From Nanobdellota archaeon (lineage in GTDB: Archaea > Nanobdellota > Nanobdellia > Pacearchaeales > GW2011-AR1): 64,000 nucleotides of DNA. Of the stretch, positions 1 through 9,320 are shown one piece after another. Within the stretch, counting starts at the first letter, position 1. Each line of letters begins with the position of its first letter. The position numbers and the translations under genes are program-made. Under the pieces are notes generated by a model that was not told where the DNA came from, did no database searches, and was given only the letters and a program-made list of their open reading frames with translations. The DNA is taken from positions 27,988 to 91,987 of the forward strand of contig JAKADZ010000003.1 of assembly GCA_021818475.1 (NCBI GenBank), in the 5' to 3' direction.

Positions 1-1401
1 TTCTCTTATTAATTCCATTCCTAAAGATAATAATTTTTGCTGTCCTCCAGAAAGTTTGCTCGCGATTAAATCTTTTCTTTCATCTAAATTTATTTGTTCA
101 AGAACTTTGAATATTTTTTCTTTAGAATTTTTAATTCCCCATTTAATCGCGCTATTTTCTAAATTTTGTAACACAGTTTGATTTAAATAAATCTCATTTC
201 CCTGCGGAACAAATCCAAGATAATTATTAATTTCTTCTTTATCAAATTCTTTTCCGAATATCTTTATTTTTCCGTTCGAAGGTTTTCTTCTCCCTGCAAG
301 AATTTCTATTATTGTTGATTTTCCCGAGCCCGATTGACCAAGCAAAGAAACAAATTCCCCTCTTTTAATTGAAAAATTAACATTTTCTAAAATAGTACTT
401 GAACCTTTTTTAACTCCAAGTCCACTAATTGTAATTGCTTCAGTTATGTCATTTGAAATTTCTTCTTTTGTTTCTTTTTCTGGCAAAGCATGAACTTCTT
501 CAATATTTTCTTTAATTTTCAACTTTGAATGTTTATTTCTTTTCTTCGATAAATAAAGAGTTCCAAGAAGAATAATTATTAAAATCGGAGTTGCAATAAA
601 AAAAATTGAGAGATTTTTATCTTTGCCATTCAAATTTTCTCTTACTTCTTTATCCTTACTAGTCATTGGAGGGTCTATACAATCTCCATTAGAACAAATT
701 TGTCCAGATAAACTACAATCTGTTGTTTTAGAATCTAAGCAAATATCTGAATCAAATTCTCCACATTCATTTTTTATATATTGTCCGCTGCAATCTTTTG
801 CTCCAAAAGTACCACATTCATTCGTACATTCTATTCCATTATTACAATCGAATAAGGAAGAATAAAGAGGCATCCCATTATAATATCCTGCAGGACTTCC
901 AATTTGAGAACAGGATCCATAAGCGGGAGGATAACTTTTCACTTCACATATCCCATTCTTTTTATAATAACATGTTGTATCTCCTGTTGAAATTACTTTG
1001 GGAGAAGAGCAAGAGAAACTAACTTCATCAGACCAAGCCCCATCTACGGTGTTTGTATCCAAATATAATTTATATCCTTTGTTTAATTCTGGGGAAAATC
1101 CTCCTAAATCAGAGGAATGAAAACTTATAATATCTCCAGATGCTAAATAACCATTGGACCAAGTTCCAGTAAGACTATATTGTATTTCTCCATTATTTGA
1201 AGGAATTGGAACAAATACATGAATACTTTGAGAAGAAATTGAAGAGTTTCCAATATATTCCACTTCAAAATCTATATTTTTCATATCACAATTTGGTCCT
1301 TGTACAAATACTAAATCTTTTCCCGCAGAGATTACCGAAAGGGAAAAAATTACTATTAATCCAAAACAAAGTAAAGAGAAATATTTTTTATTGGTTTTCA
1401 T
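1..1401 (-). CDS. ABC-type ATPase with an N-terminal signal peptide, a ~250-aa Cys-rich extracellular domain and one TM before the nucleotide-binding domain; the window edge cuts off the C-terminus
   Basis: Reverse-strand translation from ATG at 1401-1399: MKTNKKYFSLLCFGLIVIF...; TM ...IFFIATPILIIILLGTLYL; Walker A GQSGSGKST; ABC signature LSGGQQK near coordinate ~40. No stop before position 1. Confidence 0.6.
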   Translation of the reverse strand, partial: MKTNKKYFSLLCFGLIVIFSLSVISAGKDLVFVQGPNCDMKNIDFEVEYIGNSSISSQSIHVFVPIPSNNGEIQYSLTGTWSNGYLASGDIISFHSSDLGGFSPELNKGYKLYLDTNTVDGAWSDEVSFSCSSPKVISTGDTTCYYKKNGICEVKSYPPAYGSCSQIGSPAGYYNGMPLYSSLFDCNNGIECTNECGTFGAKDCSGQYIKNECGEFDSDICLDSKTTDCSLSGQICSNGDCIDPPMTSKDKEVRENLNGKDKNLSIFFIATPILIIILLGTLYLSKKRNKHSKLKIKENIEEVHALPEKETKEEISNDITEAITISGLGVKKGSSTILENVNFSIKRGEFVSLLGQSGSGKSTIIEILAGRRKPSNGKIKIFGKEFDKEEINNYLGFVPQGNEIYLNQTVLQNLENSAIKWGIKNSKEKIFKVLEQINLDERKDLIASKLSGGQQKLLSLGMELIRE

Positions 1402-1475
1402 TTTACTTTTCAATATGTAAAACAATAAGAAAGTTATTTAAAAAGATATCTGGGAATAATTTTTTTATCTTTATC

Positions 1476-1754
1476 TTAATATCTCTTCACAAAAATAGAC
1501 CATATCCCCTTGATTAAGAAAAGCATAATCATTGCAGCAATAATTGTTGTCCAGATAAAACCAATAAAATTGTCTTTTGTAACAAATTGTGAACAAGATA
1601 ATATCAATCCAGAAATTATTCCTCCAATTGTTCCAACAAAAATATTTGAAAAGTATGCGTCTCTTTTATTATAAATAATTTTTTTAATCTCTTTATCTCT
1701 TTCCTGAACCTTCTTTTCTAACTCTTCTATTTCGGTTATCTTCTTTTTTACCAT
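1476..1754 (-). CDS. small membrane protein (N-terminal charged coiled-coil, two C-terminal TM helices), hypothetical
   Basis: 92-aa ORF; hydrophobic segments GTIGGIISGLIL and FIWTTIIAAMIMLFLI. Confidence 0.3.
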   Translation of the reverse strand: MVKKKITEIEELEKKVQERDKEIKKIIYNKRDAYFSNIFVGTIGGIISGLILSCSQFVTKDNFIGFIWTTIIAAMIMLFLIKGIWSIFVKRY

Positions 1755-1771
1755 TATTTTTAGAATTTTAT

Positions 1772-1918
1772 TTATTCTAAGTCAACTGGTTCTTCATTTT
1801 GACGATTTGATAATATTCTTAGACTCTTACGAATATCAAAGAGAAGATTCTTTATATCATTTAAACTGTTATCTATATCTTCTAAATCTGTGGGTCTTAC
1901 TTCAATTTCTTCATCCAT
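1772..1918 (-). CDS. 48-aa acidic small ORF, hypothetical
   Basis: Manual reverse translation MDEEIEVRPTDLEDIDNSLNDIKNLLFDIRKSLRILSNRQNEEPVDLE. It is below the ORF-track cutoff and fills an otherwise empty gap. Confidence 0.2.
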   Translation of the reverse strand: MDEEIEVRPTDLEDIDNSLNDIKNLLFDIRKSLRILSNRQNEEPVDLE

Positions 1919-1966
1919 TTTTTAATTAAACCTCTTCTCTTCTTAAAATTTATTTAGGAATACTAA

Positions 1967-2677
1967 TCACGCTTCAAATCCCACTTCCTCTTTGATTGCC
2001 TGTCCGTCAATTTCTCCTCTTCTGATAATCTTTCCCTTTCTCAGGCTTTTTTCCCTTACAACTGCAAAATCCTTTTCCTTTTTCAGAGAATCAGGGATCA
2101 CAATTGAGTCAATAATAAAATCATGAATTAGCGATGCATTTTTGAAGTCCGGCTTTTCAAATACGAAACCTGAAGCAATTTCCTTGTCTGTTGTAACAAG
2201 TTTGCAAAAATCAGGTTTTGGTGCTTCTTCATCACCCTTTGATTTCGGTTTTCCAGATTTTGGAGCTTTTGGTTTTACTTTAAGAGTGTTATTTTCCACT
2301 GAAAAACTTAATGCAAAGAAATTTTTTGGAAATTTTTCAATCAAATTCAAAATTTCATTTCCAGACATTTCCATTTCAATTGAATAATTCTTCACTCCCT
2401 GAAACTGGGAGATTTTCTTAAATTCCAATTCCCCCTTCAAATCATTTGTTCCGATTATAGAACCCGTAACATTTGTTTTCTCATTTCCAAGCTTCTCTGC
2501 AAGCATCTTAACCATCCCGTTTGCAAATTCTGCTGTTGTGTTTATTGTATATTTCCCAGAAGAATTTTTTGCAGCAATTCCTGCCCTGTCCCTGAATTCC
2601 CCTCTGCTGAATTTTTGAAACTGCAGGTGAACATCTTCATCCACTTTTTTGTCAAACAACTTTTTAATAAAATTCAT
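1967..2677 (-). CDS. hypothetical protein (236 aa)
   Basis: Long ORF in AT-rich DNA with a K/P-rich central linker (KPKAPKSGKPKSKGDEEAPKP); no family recognised. Confidence 0.45.
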   Translation of the reverse strand: MNFIKKLFDKKVDEDVHLQFQKFSRGEFRDRAGIAAKNSSGKYTINTTAEFANGMVKMLAEKLGNEKTNVTGSIIGTNDLKGELEFKKISQFQGVKNYSIEMEMSGNEILNLIEKFPKNFFALSFSVENNTLKVKPKAPKSGKPKSKGDEEAPKPDFCKLVTTDKEIASGFVFEKPDFKNASLIHDFIIDSIVIPDSLKKEKDFAVVREKSLRKGKIIRRGEIDGQAIKEEVGFEA

Positions 2678-2824
2678 GATTATGAAAATTTTTTTTAATT
2701 TATAAATTTATCACAACCCAATATTCCAAGGAGGTAATAGGAACTTGGGTTCTTAACGCCTAAACTTTTTCTCTGTCATAACTTCTATTTCCGTCGAACT
2801 TATAGAAGAGTTTTTAAATTTCCT

Positions 2825-3874
2825 TTGCATAAAAATATCATGGACGAGGAATATTTCAGAAAGATAACTTCTACGGGGATTATTTTGATTTTGGGGGTCT
2901 TGTCCTTCTTTCTTTTAAAACCGATTTTGCTCTCGGTAATCGCAGGTTTTTTGCTTGCATTTGTATTTTCCCCAATTTACAATCTCCTTGTGAAATGGAC
3001 TAAATCCCGGGGGTTTTCTGCGGCAATTTTGCTGATAATCCTTCTGGCATTAATTATAATCCCGATTTGGTTTTTGACTCCGGTACTGATAAGCGAGTCC
3101 ATAAAACTTTATGTAGCTTCACAGCAGATTGACCTCGTAACCTTCTTGAAAGATATTTTCCCTTCTATTTCAAGTTCAGTAATATTGTCCCATGCAGTTG
3201 ATTCGACAATTCACTCATTTATCACAAATGCAACTAATTCGTTGATGAATTATTTTGCAAATATCATTTCAGATATTCCAAATATTGCAGCGCAGATTTT
3301 AGTCATATTCTTTACATTTTATTATGCATTAAGAGATAAAGATCAGATAATCAGTTACATTCAAAGCCTTCTTCCATTTTCAAAGGAAGTTCATAAAAAA
3401 TTATTTGATTCAACAAGGGACATAACTTCGTCAATCCTTTTCGGTCAGATTCTCGTGGGATTGATTCAGGGGCTGATTTTATCCCTGGGATTTTTTATAT
3501 TCAATGTGCCAAATCCTTTCCTTCTGGCAATTGTTGCAATTCTAATCTGCATCTTTCCAATTTTGGGCCCAACATTTATCGGAGTACCTGTAGCTTTATA
3601 TTTTGTAATCGGCGGAAATACTTTTGCCGCATTTGGAATTATATTATTTACAATCCTTTCTCATTTATCCGATCATTTTACAAGACCTTTCTTTGTTGCG
3701 AAGAGGGCGAAACTGCATACTGCTTTGGTTTTGATAGGAATGATTGGCGGATTTATCTTCTTCGGAATTCTCGGATTTGTCCTTGGCCCTTTAATCCTTG
3801 CTTATTTGATTATAATTATAGAAGTATATAGAAACAAGAACCTTCCCGACGTTCTTATTCAGTCCAAGCAATAA
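2825..3874 (+). CDS. AI-2E family (PerM/UPF0118) membrane transporter
   Basis: 349 aa with ~8 TM helices; the overall hydropathy and conserved G/P pattern is typical of the AI-2E family. Confidence 0.6.
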   Translation: MHKNIMDEEYFRKITSTGIILILGVLSFFLLKPILLSVIAGFLLAFVFSPIYNLLVKWTKSRGFSAAILLIILLALIIIPIWFLTPVLISESIKLYVASQQIDLVTFLKDIFPSISSSVILSHAVDSTIHSFITNATNSLMNYFANIISDIPNIAAQILVIFFTFYYALRDKDQIISYIQSLLPFSKEVHKKLFDSTRDITSSILFGQILVGLIQGLILSLGFFIFNVPNPFLLAIVAILICIFPILGPTFIGVPVALYFVIGGNTFAAFGIILFTILSHLSDHFTRPFFVAKRAKLHTALVLIGMIGGFIFFGILGFVLGPLILAYLIIIIEVYRNKNLPDVLIQSKQ

Positions 3875-3910
3875 ATATAAAAATAAATTTTATCTTATTT
3901 TATAAAAGAG

Positions 3911-5398
3911 ATGGAACTAAAAGTAAAACTTCTAAAATGGTCTGCAGGATTTCCTGTGGCGATGCTGCATGAGCATACTGCAAATATAATCGGAGTTAAA
4001 ACAAAGGGGAGAGTTTTCATAAAAACTATTTCAAAAAATCCGAAGGGAGTTTATACAATAATCGACACTACAACTTCGCTTGTTAAAAAAAATGAAATCG
4101 CAATTTCCTCTGAACTTAAAGAAAGATTAAATCTCTCATTGGGGCAAAAGGTTGATGTTGGTCTTGCTCCTCTTTCCGAGAGTTTGCTCTTCATAAAAAA
4201 GAAAGTAAACAATGAGGAGCTTTCAGAAAAAGAAATTGATTCTATCATCCGCGATGTTATTGATAATTCCCTCTCCGAAGCAGAGATTGCACTTTTTATT
4301 TCTGCAATGTATGAAAGAGGAATGAATATGAAGGAGACTGTTTTCCTCATCAAAGCAATTCTTGGTTCAGGCCAGCAGCTGAAATTTGACAATAAATTTG
4401 TTGTTGATAAACATTCAATCGGGGGAATACCAGGAAACAGGACTACTCCGATAGTTGTTTCAGTCTGCGCAGCAGGAGGATTAATTTTTCCAAAATCTTC
4501 ATCAAGGGCGATTACAACTGCGGCAGGAACTGCAGACGTCGTCGAAACAATTGCAAAGGTTGAATTTTCAATTCCTGAACTAAAGAAAATTGTGAAAAAA
4601 GTCGGTGCATGTTTGATATGGGGCGGCTCGCTTGAGATAGTTCCTGCGGATGAAAAAATAATTACAATTGAAAAAATGCTTAACATTGATCCTGAATCAC
4701 AGCTTCTTGCTTCGATTATGTCAAAGAAACTGGCTCTTGGCGCGAAATACATTCTGATTGACATCCCATACGGGAAAACTGCAAAAGTAAGTTATAATGA
4801 AGGCATGAAATTAAAAAATAAATTTGAATATCTCGGCAAACATTTCAACAAGAAACTAAAAGTTGTTTTAACTCACGGTGATGAGCCTATCGGAAATGGA
4901 GTTGGTCCTGCTCTTGAAATAATGGACATCCTGAAGATTCTGAAAAATTCTGATGACAGACCTATGGACTTGGAAAAGAAATCTTTATTCCTTGCAGGAG
5001 AAATTTTCGAGATGACAGGAAAAGCAGGAAAGGGAAAGGGGATTGAAAGGGCAAGGGAAATTTTGTATTCAGGGAAAGCATTTGAAAAATTCAGGCAGAT
5101 CATAAAAGCCCAGGATGGAAATATTGACGGAATTTGCCTCGGGAGTTTTAGAAAAGATATAATCATGAAAAAAAACGGAACTATTTCTGAAATAGACAAC
5201 AAAAAAATAAATTCTCTTGCGAGAATGGCGGGATGCCCGATGGATAAATATGCAGGACTTTATCTTTATCATCATGTTGGGGACAAGCTTAAGAGCGGAG
5301 ATAAACTCATGACTGTTTATGCCGAATCAAGAGCACGTCTTAATGAAGCAGTCAATTTTTTTGAAGAACAAAAACCTATCACATTCAAAAACAACTAA
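3911..5398 (+). CDS. deoA: AMP phosphorylase / thymidine phosphorylase-family (glycosyltransferase family 3) enzyme, archaeal long form
   Basis: 495 aa with an N-terminal extension; motif DKHSIGGIPGNRTT matches the pyrimidine-nucleoside phosphorylase DKHSTGGVGD loop, followed by AAGG and TAAGTAD segments. Confidence 0.75.
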   Translation: MELKVKLLKWSAGFPVAMLHEHTANIIGVKTKGRVFIKTISKNPKGVYTIIDTTTSLVKKNEIAISSELKERLNLSLGQKVDVGLAPLSESLLFIKKKVNNEELSEKEIDSIIRDVIDNSLSEAEIALFISAMYERGMNMKETVFLIKAILGSGQQLKFDNKFVVDKHSIGGIPGNRTTPIVVSVCAAGGLIFPKSSSRAITTAAGTADVVETIAKVEFSIPELKKIVKKVGACLIWGGSLEIVPADEKIITIEKMLNIDPESQLLASIMSKKLALGAKYILIDIPYGKTAKVSYNEGMKLKNKFEYLGKHFNKKLKVVLTHGDEPIGNGVGPALEIMDILKILKNSDDRPMDLEKKSLFLAGEIFEMTGKAGKGKGIERAREILYSGKAFEKFRQIIKAQDGNIDGICLGSFRKDIIMKKNGTISEIDNKKINSLARMAGCPMDKYAGLYLYHHVGDKLKSGDKLMTVYAESRARLNEAVNFFEEQKPITFKNN

Positions 5399-5428
5399 TT
5401 TTTTAAACCCCTTTTCTGTAGATTTATC

Positions 5429-5707
5429 ATGGTTGAAAATACTTACAAGGTAAAACTTGTTGAATATGTAAAAAGAAATCTGAAAAAAGGCTACCCTGTT
5501 GATACATTAAAAATCGCATTGATAAATCAGGGTTACATAAGGTCAACTGTTGACGAGGCAATTCAGGAAGCAATGAAACAGATGGCTTCAGAAGCCCCAA
5601 TAATAAAGGAAAAACCTGAAATCGAGCACGAAATAATCGTTGAAGAAGAGGAACAGCCTGTCCCTGAAAAAAAATCTTTCTGGAAGAGATTGTTTGGAAG
5701 GAAATAA
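5429..5707 (+). CDS. hypothetical small protein (92 aa)
   Basis: ORF with a charged, E-rich C-terminus; immediately followed by the GC-rich structured region. Confidence 0.4.
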   Translation: MVENTYKVKLVEYVKRNLKKGYPVDTLKIALINQGYIRSTVDEAIQEAMKQMASEAPIIKEKPEIEHEIIVEEEEQPVPEKKSFWKRLFGRK

Positions 5708-6077
5708 TTCTTTAGGCTCACCTTGTCGCCTATTAATACCATTACGCCCCAGACTTTGTCAAGGCGCTTCATTCAATAAGTTATCGCGATAAATCTAAGT
5801 TAAACAATTAATTTTTTTTTCACATTAAATATTTTTGCGAAGAAATCTAACAAAGTTGATTTCGAAGCTTTGAAAATTTGCGAGTGAAGTGAGCAGAATA
5901 TTCTTCCCTTCAGAAAGTTTTAAAACCTAACAAATAATTTATAATTTATCAAGATGCCTCTGCGCGAAATTTATTGAGCGTAGAGCGAACGAAGTGAGCC
6001 TCCGTCGCATATGAGAACCTCCTGCGGGTTCTTCACAGTTCCAGCATCCATGGAACAATATGCTTGTTGGCAAAGAT

Positions 6078-6205
6078 GCCTCCGTCGCATAATGGTATTG
6101 CACCGGTCTTGAGTGAGGATAAAACCTCCTAATTGTTCGTCGAGGTTTCGTCAAACAAGAGAACCGGGCCTTTATGGCTTCCAGGTTCGATTCCTGGCGG
6201 GGGCG
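6078..6205 (+). tRNA. tRNA-Ser (anticodon UGA) with a ~48-nt intron at the canonical 37/38 position and a long variable arm
   Basis: Manual fold: acceptor GCCTCCG/CGGGGGC (one G-U pair); D-arm GCAT-AATGGTAT; anticodon stem CCGGT/ACCGG with loop CTTGAGT (U33, anticodon TGA 6110-6112, R37); intron ~6114-6161 interrupting the 3' anticodon stem; variable arm GCCTTTATGGCTT (13 nt); T-arm CCAGG-TTCGATT-CCTGG; discriminator G; CCA not encoded. Confidence 0.7.
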
Positions 6206-6366
6206 TGATGGCGTGATGCGGGCTTGAAATGCCCGCCTGTTCTTAACAAAATTAATGCTAGATTATTCTGAAAATTCGATTCCGAGCGATTTCACGAATG
6301 CGGGAAATTTTTGAAAGCAATGAGTGGGGTCGCGAGCATTGACGGGGGCGTTCCTACAAAATGTCT

Positions 6367-7599
6367 TTAAGAATTCATCTGACTGCTTGATTCCTGTGCA
6401 CTTGCAAAATTATTTGGGTTGGGTATGCTCTCTTCGTTCCCAAGATTTTTCCAAAAGAAATTAACTGTATCGTTGCTAATTTCGTCAATTGACGGATTTA
6501 CTATGCTCCCCGGAGGTGACGGAAGGAATTCATGGCTGGCATTTGCGACAAGGATATAAGTAGCATCATTATTATATGATCGTAAGTCCTCATAAAATTG
6601 TTTTGTCATTGTTGGCAAGCTTAATGGGTCATGGTCGCCTTGAACAATCAAAAAAGAAGGATCATTGTAATTAACAAAGTTTCCAGCGTTAGCAAGACTC
6701 ATGAGTGTTAAATTTCCATTGTATTCTGAAACAAGAGCCTGATATCCTTCCGTGCTCATAAGTTTGGTAAAAAATATTTGGACTTTGTTAACAGGGGTAA
6801 TCCCGCTTCCGTAAAAATTCACAACTGCCTGTGGCCTTGTTGGTATTTTAATATATTCATCATAACTGAGATTAGCCCCATCTATTTTCAAGTCTGGGGA
6901 ATTTTGCCAGCTTTCACTACCATTAATTACTCCTACAATAGATGAGAGCTGCCCACCGACGCTGCCCCCGAAGATTCCAATCTCATTTTGATTTCCCCCA
7001 AATCCATTTGAATAATATTTTAAGAACCGTATCGCACATAAAATGTCCTGAACTTGTGTGGGGTATTTATTTTCTGGAGCAAGTTTGTAATCAACAGCAG
7101 CGACAATAAAATCATGGCTTAACAGATTTGATATTACTGAACCCGCATCATAACCTATCCTGTCTTTGTTACCACTTGTAAATCCCCCTCCGAAGACGTA
7201 GATTACAATAGGTCTGTTCGATTTGCTCGAAGAATTTAGTGGAGAATTGGCGTAAAGATTCAGCTTAATTGGACTACCTTGAGATACGCAGTAAGTTATG
7301 TCAGTTGCTTCATAAAACTTCCCCTCTGAAGGAGTCCATAGATAGACTGTTCTTTGTAAATTCTCAAAAGAACCTCCCTGTTCTGGAAGATTATCTGCCT
7401 TAGCGCTGTACACGCCGGGAATTTCGTTCCAACTTAAACTAAGGTTATTTTTGTAATTCGTAATTGATGCAGCTGCATCATAAGTTTCAATATAATGCGG
7501 ATGATTGTGCGATGGAACCGCGAAGAAGATTACAAACAGAACAAATAATATAATAAAAAATCCTACTGGTATGATTATAAATAACCACCACTTTTTCAT
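6367..7599 (-). CDS. membrane-anchored alpha/beta-hydrolase (esterase/lipase, Abhydrolase_3-like)
   Basis: N-terminal TM; oxyanion motif VFGGGF (HGGG-like); nucleophile elbow GGSVGG (GxSxG). Confidence 0.65.
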   Translation of the reverse strand: MKKWWLFIIIPVGFFIILFVLFVIFFAVPSHNHPHYIETYDAAASITNYKNNLSLSWNEIPGVYSAKADNLPEQGGSFENLQRTVYLWTPSEGKFYEATDITYCVSQGSPIKLNLYANSPLNSSSKSNRPIVIYVFGGGFTSGNKDRIGYDAGSVISNLLSHDFIVAAVDYKLAPENKYPTQVQDILCAIRFLKYYSNGFGGNQNEIGIFGGSVGGQLSSIVGVINGSESWQNSPDLKIDGANLSYDEYIKIPTRPQAVVNFYGSGITPVNKVQIFFTKLMSTEGYQALVSEYNGNLTLMSLANAGNFVNYNDPSFLIVQGDHDPLSLPTMTKQFYEDLRSYNNDATYILVANASHEFLPSPPGSIVNPSIDEISNDTVNFFWKNLGNEESIPNPNNFASAQESSSQMNS

Positions 7600-7712
7600 A
7601 TAACTACTTATTATTAATGTTTAATAATTTTTTCCTTCTTTGATTTTAATCTGGTTTGGCATTATTGCATAATATATTCCTCAAAGATATTTTATCTGGG
7701 CGTTCGTCACTT

Positions 7713-8036
7713 TTATCCCATCAAAATTCTGCTGATAATTCCTATCACAATTCCCAATCCCGCAATCCCCCCGATTACAGTTATCTTCTTTGCTGTGGAA
7801 ACTTTTTTGATATGAAGCATAAATGCAATAATCATCAGGACAAGATACCAGAGGGCATCAAGAAAATACCAGTCGAAAATCTGCAGTCCGATTTTTGCAA
7901 ACCCTGTAAGATGCGGGACAACATAATTTTCCAGATAAAAATAAATCGGGTCGATAGGACTAGGAACTAATGTTCCTATGAATGCCCCAAGTAAAAAAAT
8001 TCCTATCTGTGACTTAAAAAATTTTTCTTTTTTCAT
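7713..8036 (-). CDS. small integral membrane protein, hypothetical
   Basis: 107 aa with 3-4 hydrophobic helices. Confidence 0.35.
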   Translation of the reverse strand: MKKEKFFKSQIGIFLLGAFIGTLVPSPIDPIYFYLENYVVPHLTGFAKIGLQIFDWYFLDALWYLVLMIIAFMLHIKKVSTAKKITVIGGIAGLGIVIGIISRILMG

Positions 8037-8075
8037 CTCTTTTATTCAGTCTAATATTTTTCCCTATTTAAATTA

Positions 8076-9320
8076 TCAGATTCTGAAAATTTTTACCTGC
8101 TTTCTCTCGCATGATTTGCAGATTTTTTTCCCGTTGTTTTTTGTTATGTGATAATCACAGAAAATTTTTCCGCAGGCATCACATCTGTTCCAGCAGTGAG
8201 AGCATAATGTCCTTCCGCATTCCTCGCATTTTTTTGTCTGGCAGCTCTTGCAGTAAACACTCCCGCATGATGCACATTTGTCTCCGCATTCTCTGCAGGT
8301 TATATGCCCCGAAGAGCATAATATTATCTCCTTGACTTCTTTTCCGCAGCTTTTGCAATGGACAGGGGAAACAATTTTTTTCAGCGGATCATAGCCAAGT
8401 TCAATAATTTTTAAGTTATTCTTCTCAACTTCCATGGTCAGATTAAGATTATAAAACGGAAAATAAATAATCGTGGTATTGACGAGCTTAGTGTCAATTT
8501 TCAGCCCGTGCTTTCGGATTTCTTTTTGTATGAACTCTTGCTCTTCTTCTTTTATTTTATTTTTATTACTATTCTCATTCAGATTCTCAAGCATTTTGTT
8601 CAGCCTTTTTACTTTGTCGCGGTCTTCCCTGTTTGCTTCAATCTGTTTCTTCAGCGAATTTTCCTGCTCCTCAACTTCCGACAGATTATTCTGGTAAAGC
8701 TGGTTAATCCTCGCAATTTCATTATTGAGCTGCTCCCCCAATTTTTTCTTAAGTTCTTCGGTCTTAGGCAAAATTATTTTTTTCAGCTCTTCTCTTGCAA
8801 GGGAGTACTCTTTCTCCGCGCTGACTTCCTGAAAGTCTCTTTTATTCCCTTCAGCCAGATTTAGGGAATTATCAAAATCAATTATTTTATTATCCAGAAC
8901 GTAAATCTGATTGATTACAGTCTCCTTTTCATTCAGATACTGGAATGTGGTTGCAAAGGAAAATTTGAAAATAAACCTGTTCGTAGAATTTTTATTGATG
9001 CTTCTTATTTCAGAATTAAGAAAAGGAATTCTCTTCGGAATTTCTTCCTTGAAATTAATTCCAAAATCAATTCTCAGAAGAGTGGTTTCCCCTCTTCCTT
9101 CAAGAAATTCTTTTATTGTTTTTACAAGATAATGACTTTGGGAGACATACTCATATCCTTCCCTTTCTCTGTCAAATGAAAAAAAATACGGTCCCTTTTT
9201 TCCGGAAAACTTTTCGAAATTCGCGGGGATTTCTGAAACAACAAGTTCTCTCTCTCTCTGCTGGACATTGCACCCTATGCTTTTGAAAAATTTGGAATAA
9301 AAATTAATCAGTTCATTCAT
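8076..9320 (-). CDS. coiled-coil protein with a C-terminal cluster of ~9 CxxC zinc-ribbon motifs; last gene of the helicase operon
   Basis: 414 aa: N-domain, long K/E/N-rich coiled coil, then HCKSCG...CRECGDKCASCGSVYCKSCQTKKCEECGRTLCSHCWNRCDACGKIFCDYH...CKSC. Its start overlaps the SNF2 gene stop (9313-9320). Confidence 0.55.
   Translation of the reverse strand: MNELINFYSKFFKSIGCNVQQRERELVVSEIPANFEKFSGKKGPYFFSFDREREGYEYVSQSHYLVKTIKEFLEGRGETTLLRIDFGINFKEEIPKRIPFLNSEIRSINKNSTNRFIFKFSFATTFQYLNEKETVINQIYVLDNKIIDFDNSLNLAEGNKRDFQEVSAEKEYSLAREELKKIILPKTEELKKKLGEQLNNEIARINQLYQNNLSEVEEQENSLKKQIEANREDRDKVKRLNKMLENLNENSNKNKIKEEEQEFIQKEIRKHGLKIDTKLVNTTIIYFPFYNLNLTMEVEKNNLKIIELGYDPLKKIVSPVHCKSCGKEVKEIILCSSGHITCRECGDKCASCGSVYCKSCQTKKCEECGRTLCSHCWNRCDACGKIFCDYHITKNNGKKICKSCERKQVKIFRI

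Noticed and set aside
4051-5275. Three minus-strand ORFs (4051-4764, 4873-5202, 5069-5275) inside the AMP phosphorylase gene
   Set aside because: They are antisense to a well-supported conserved CDS and have low-complexity, hydrophobic translations typical of shadow ORFs.
5939-6154. 71-aa minus-strand ORF across the GC-rich region
   Set aside because: It overlaps the manually folded tRNA-Ser and its structured leader; GC-rich RNA genes commonly give spurious ORFs in AT-rich genomes.
6206-6272. Possible C/D-box sRNA downstream of tRNA-Ser (GUGAUGC ... CUGA)
   Set aside because: The C box is imperfect, there are no C'/D' boxes and no terminal stem; a single hairpin GCGGGC-TTGAAAT-GCCCGC explains the GC content.
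6221-6290. Reading elements A and C as 3' halves of split tRNAs (Nanoarchaeum-style)
   Set aside because: The 17 nt preceding the acceptor-like 3' ends cannot form a T-arm (no TTCRANY loop or 5-bp stem), so only the terminal 8-12 nt resemble tRNA.
8508-8864. Plus-strand ORFs inside the Zn-ribbon/coiled-coil gene
   Set aside because: Antisense to a K/E-rich coiled-coil coding region (poly-purine strand gives long F/L-rich shadow ORFs).
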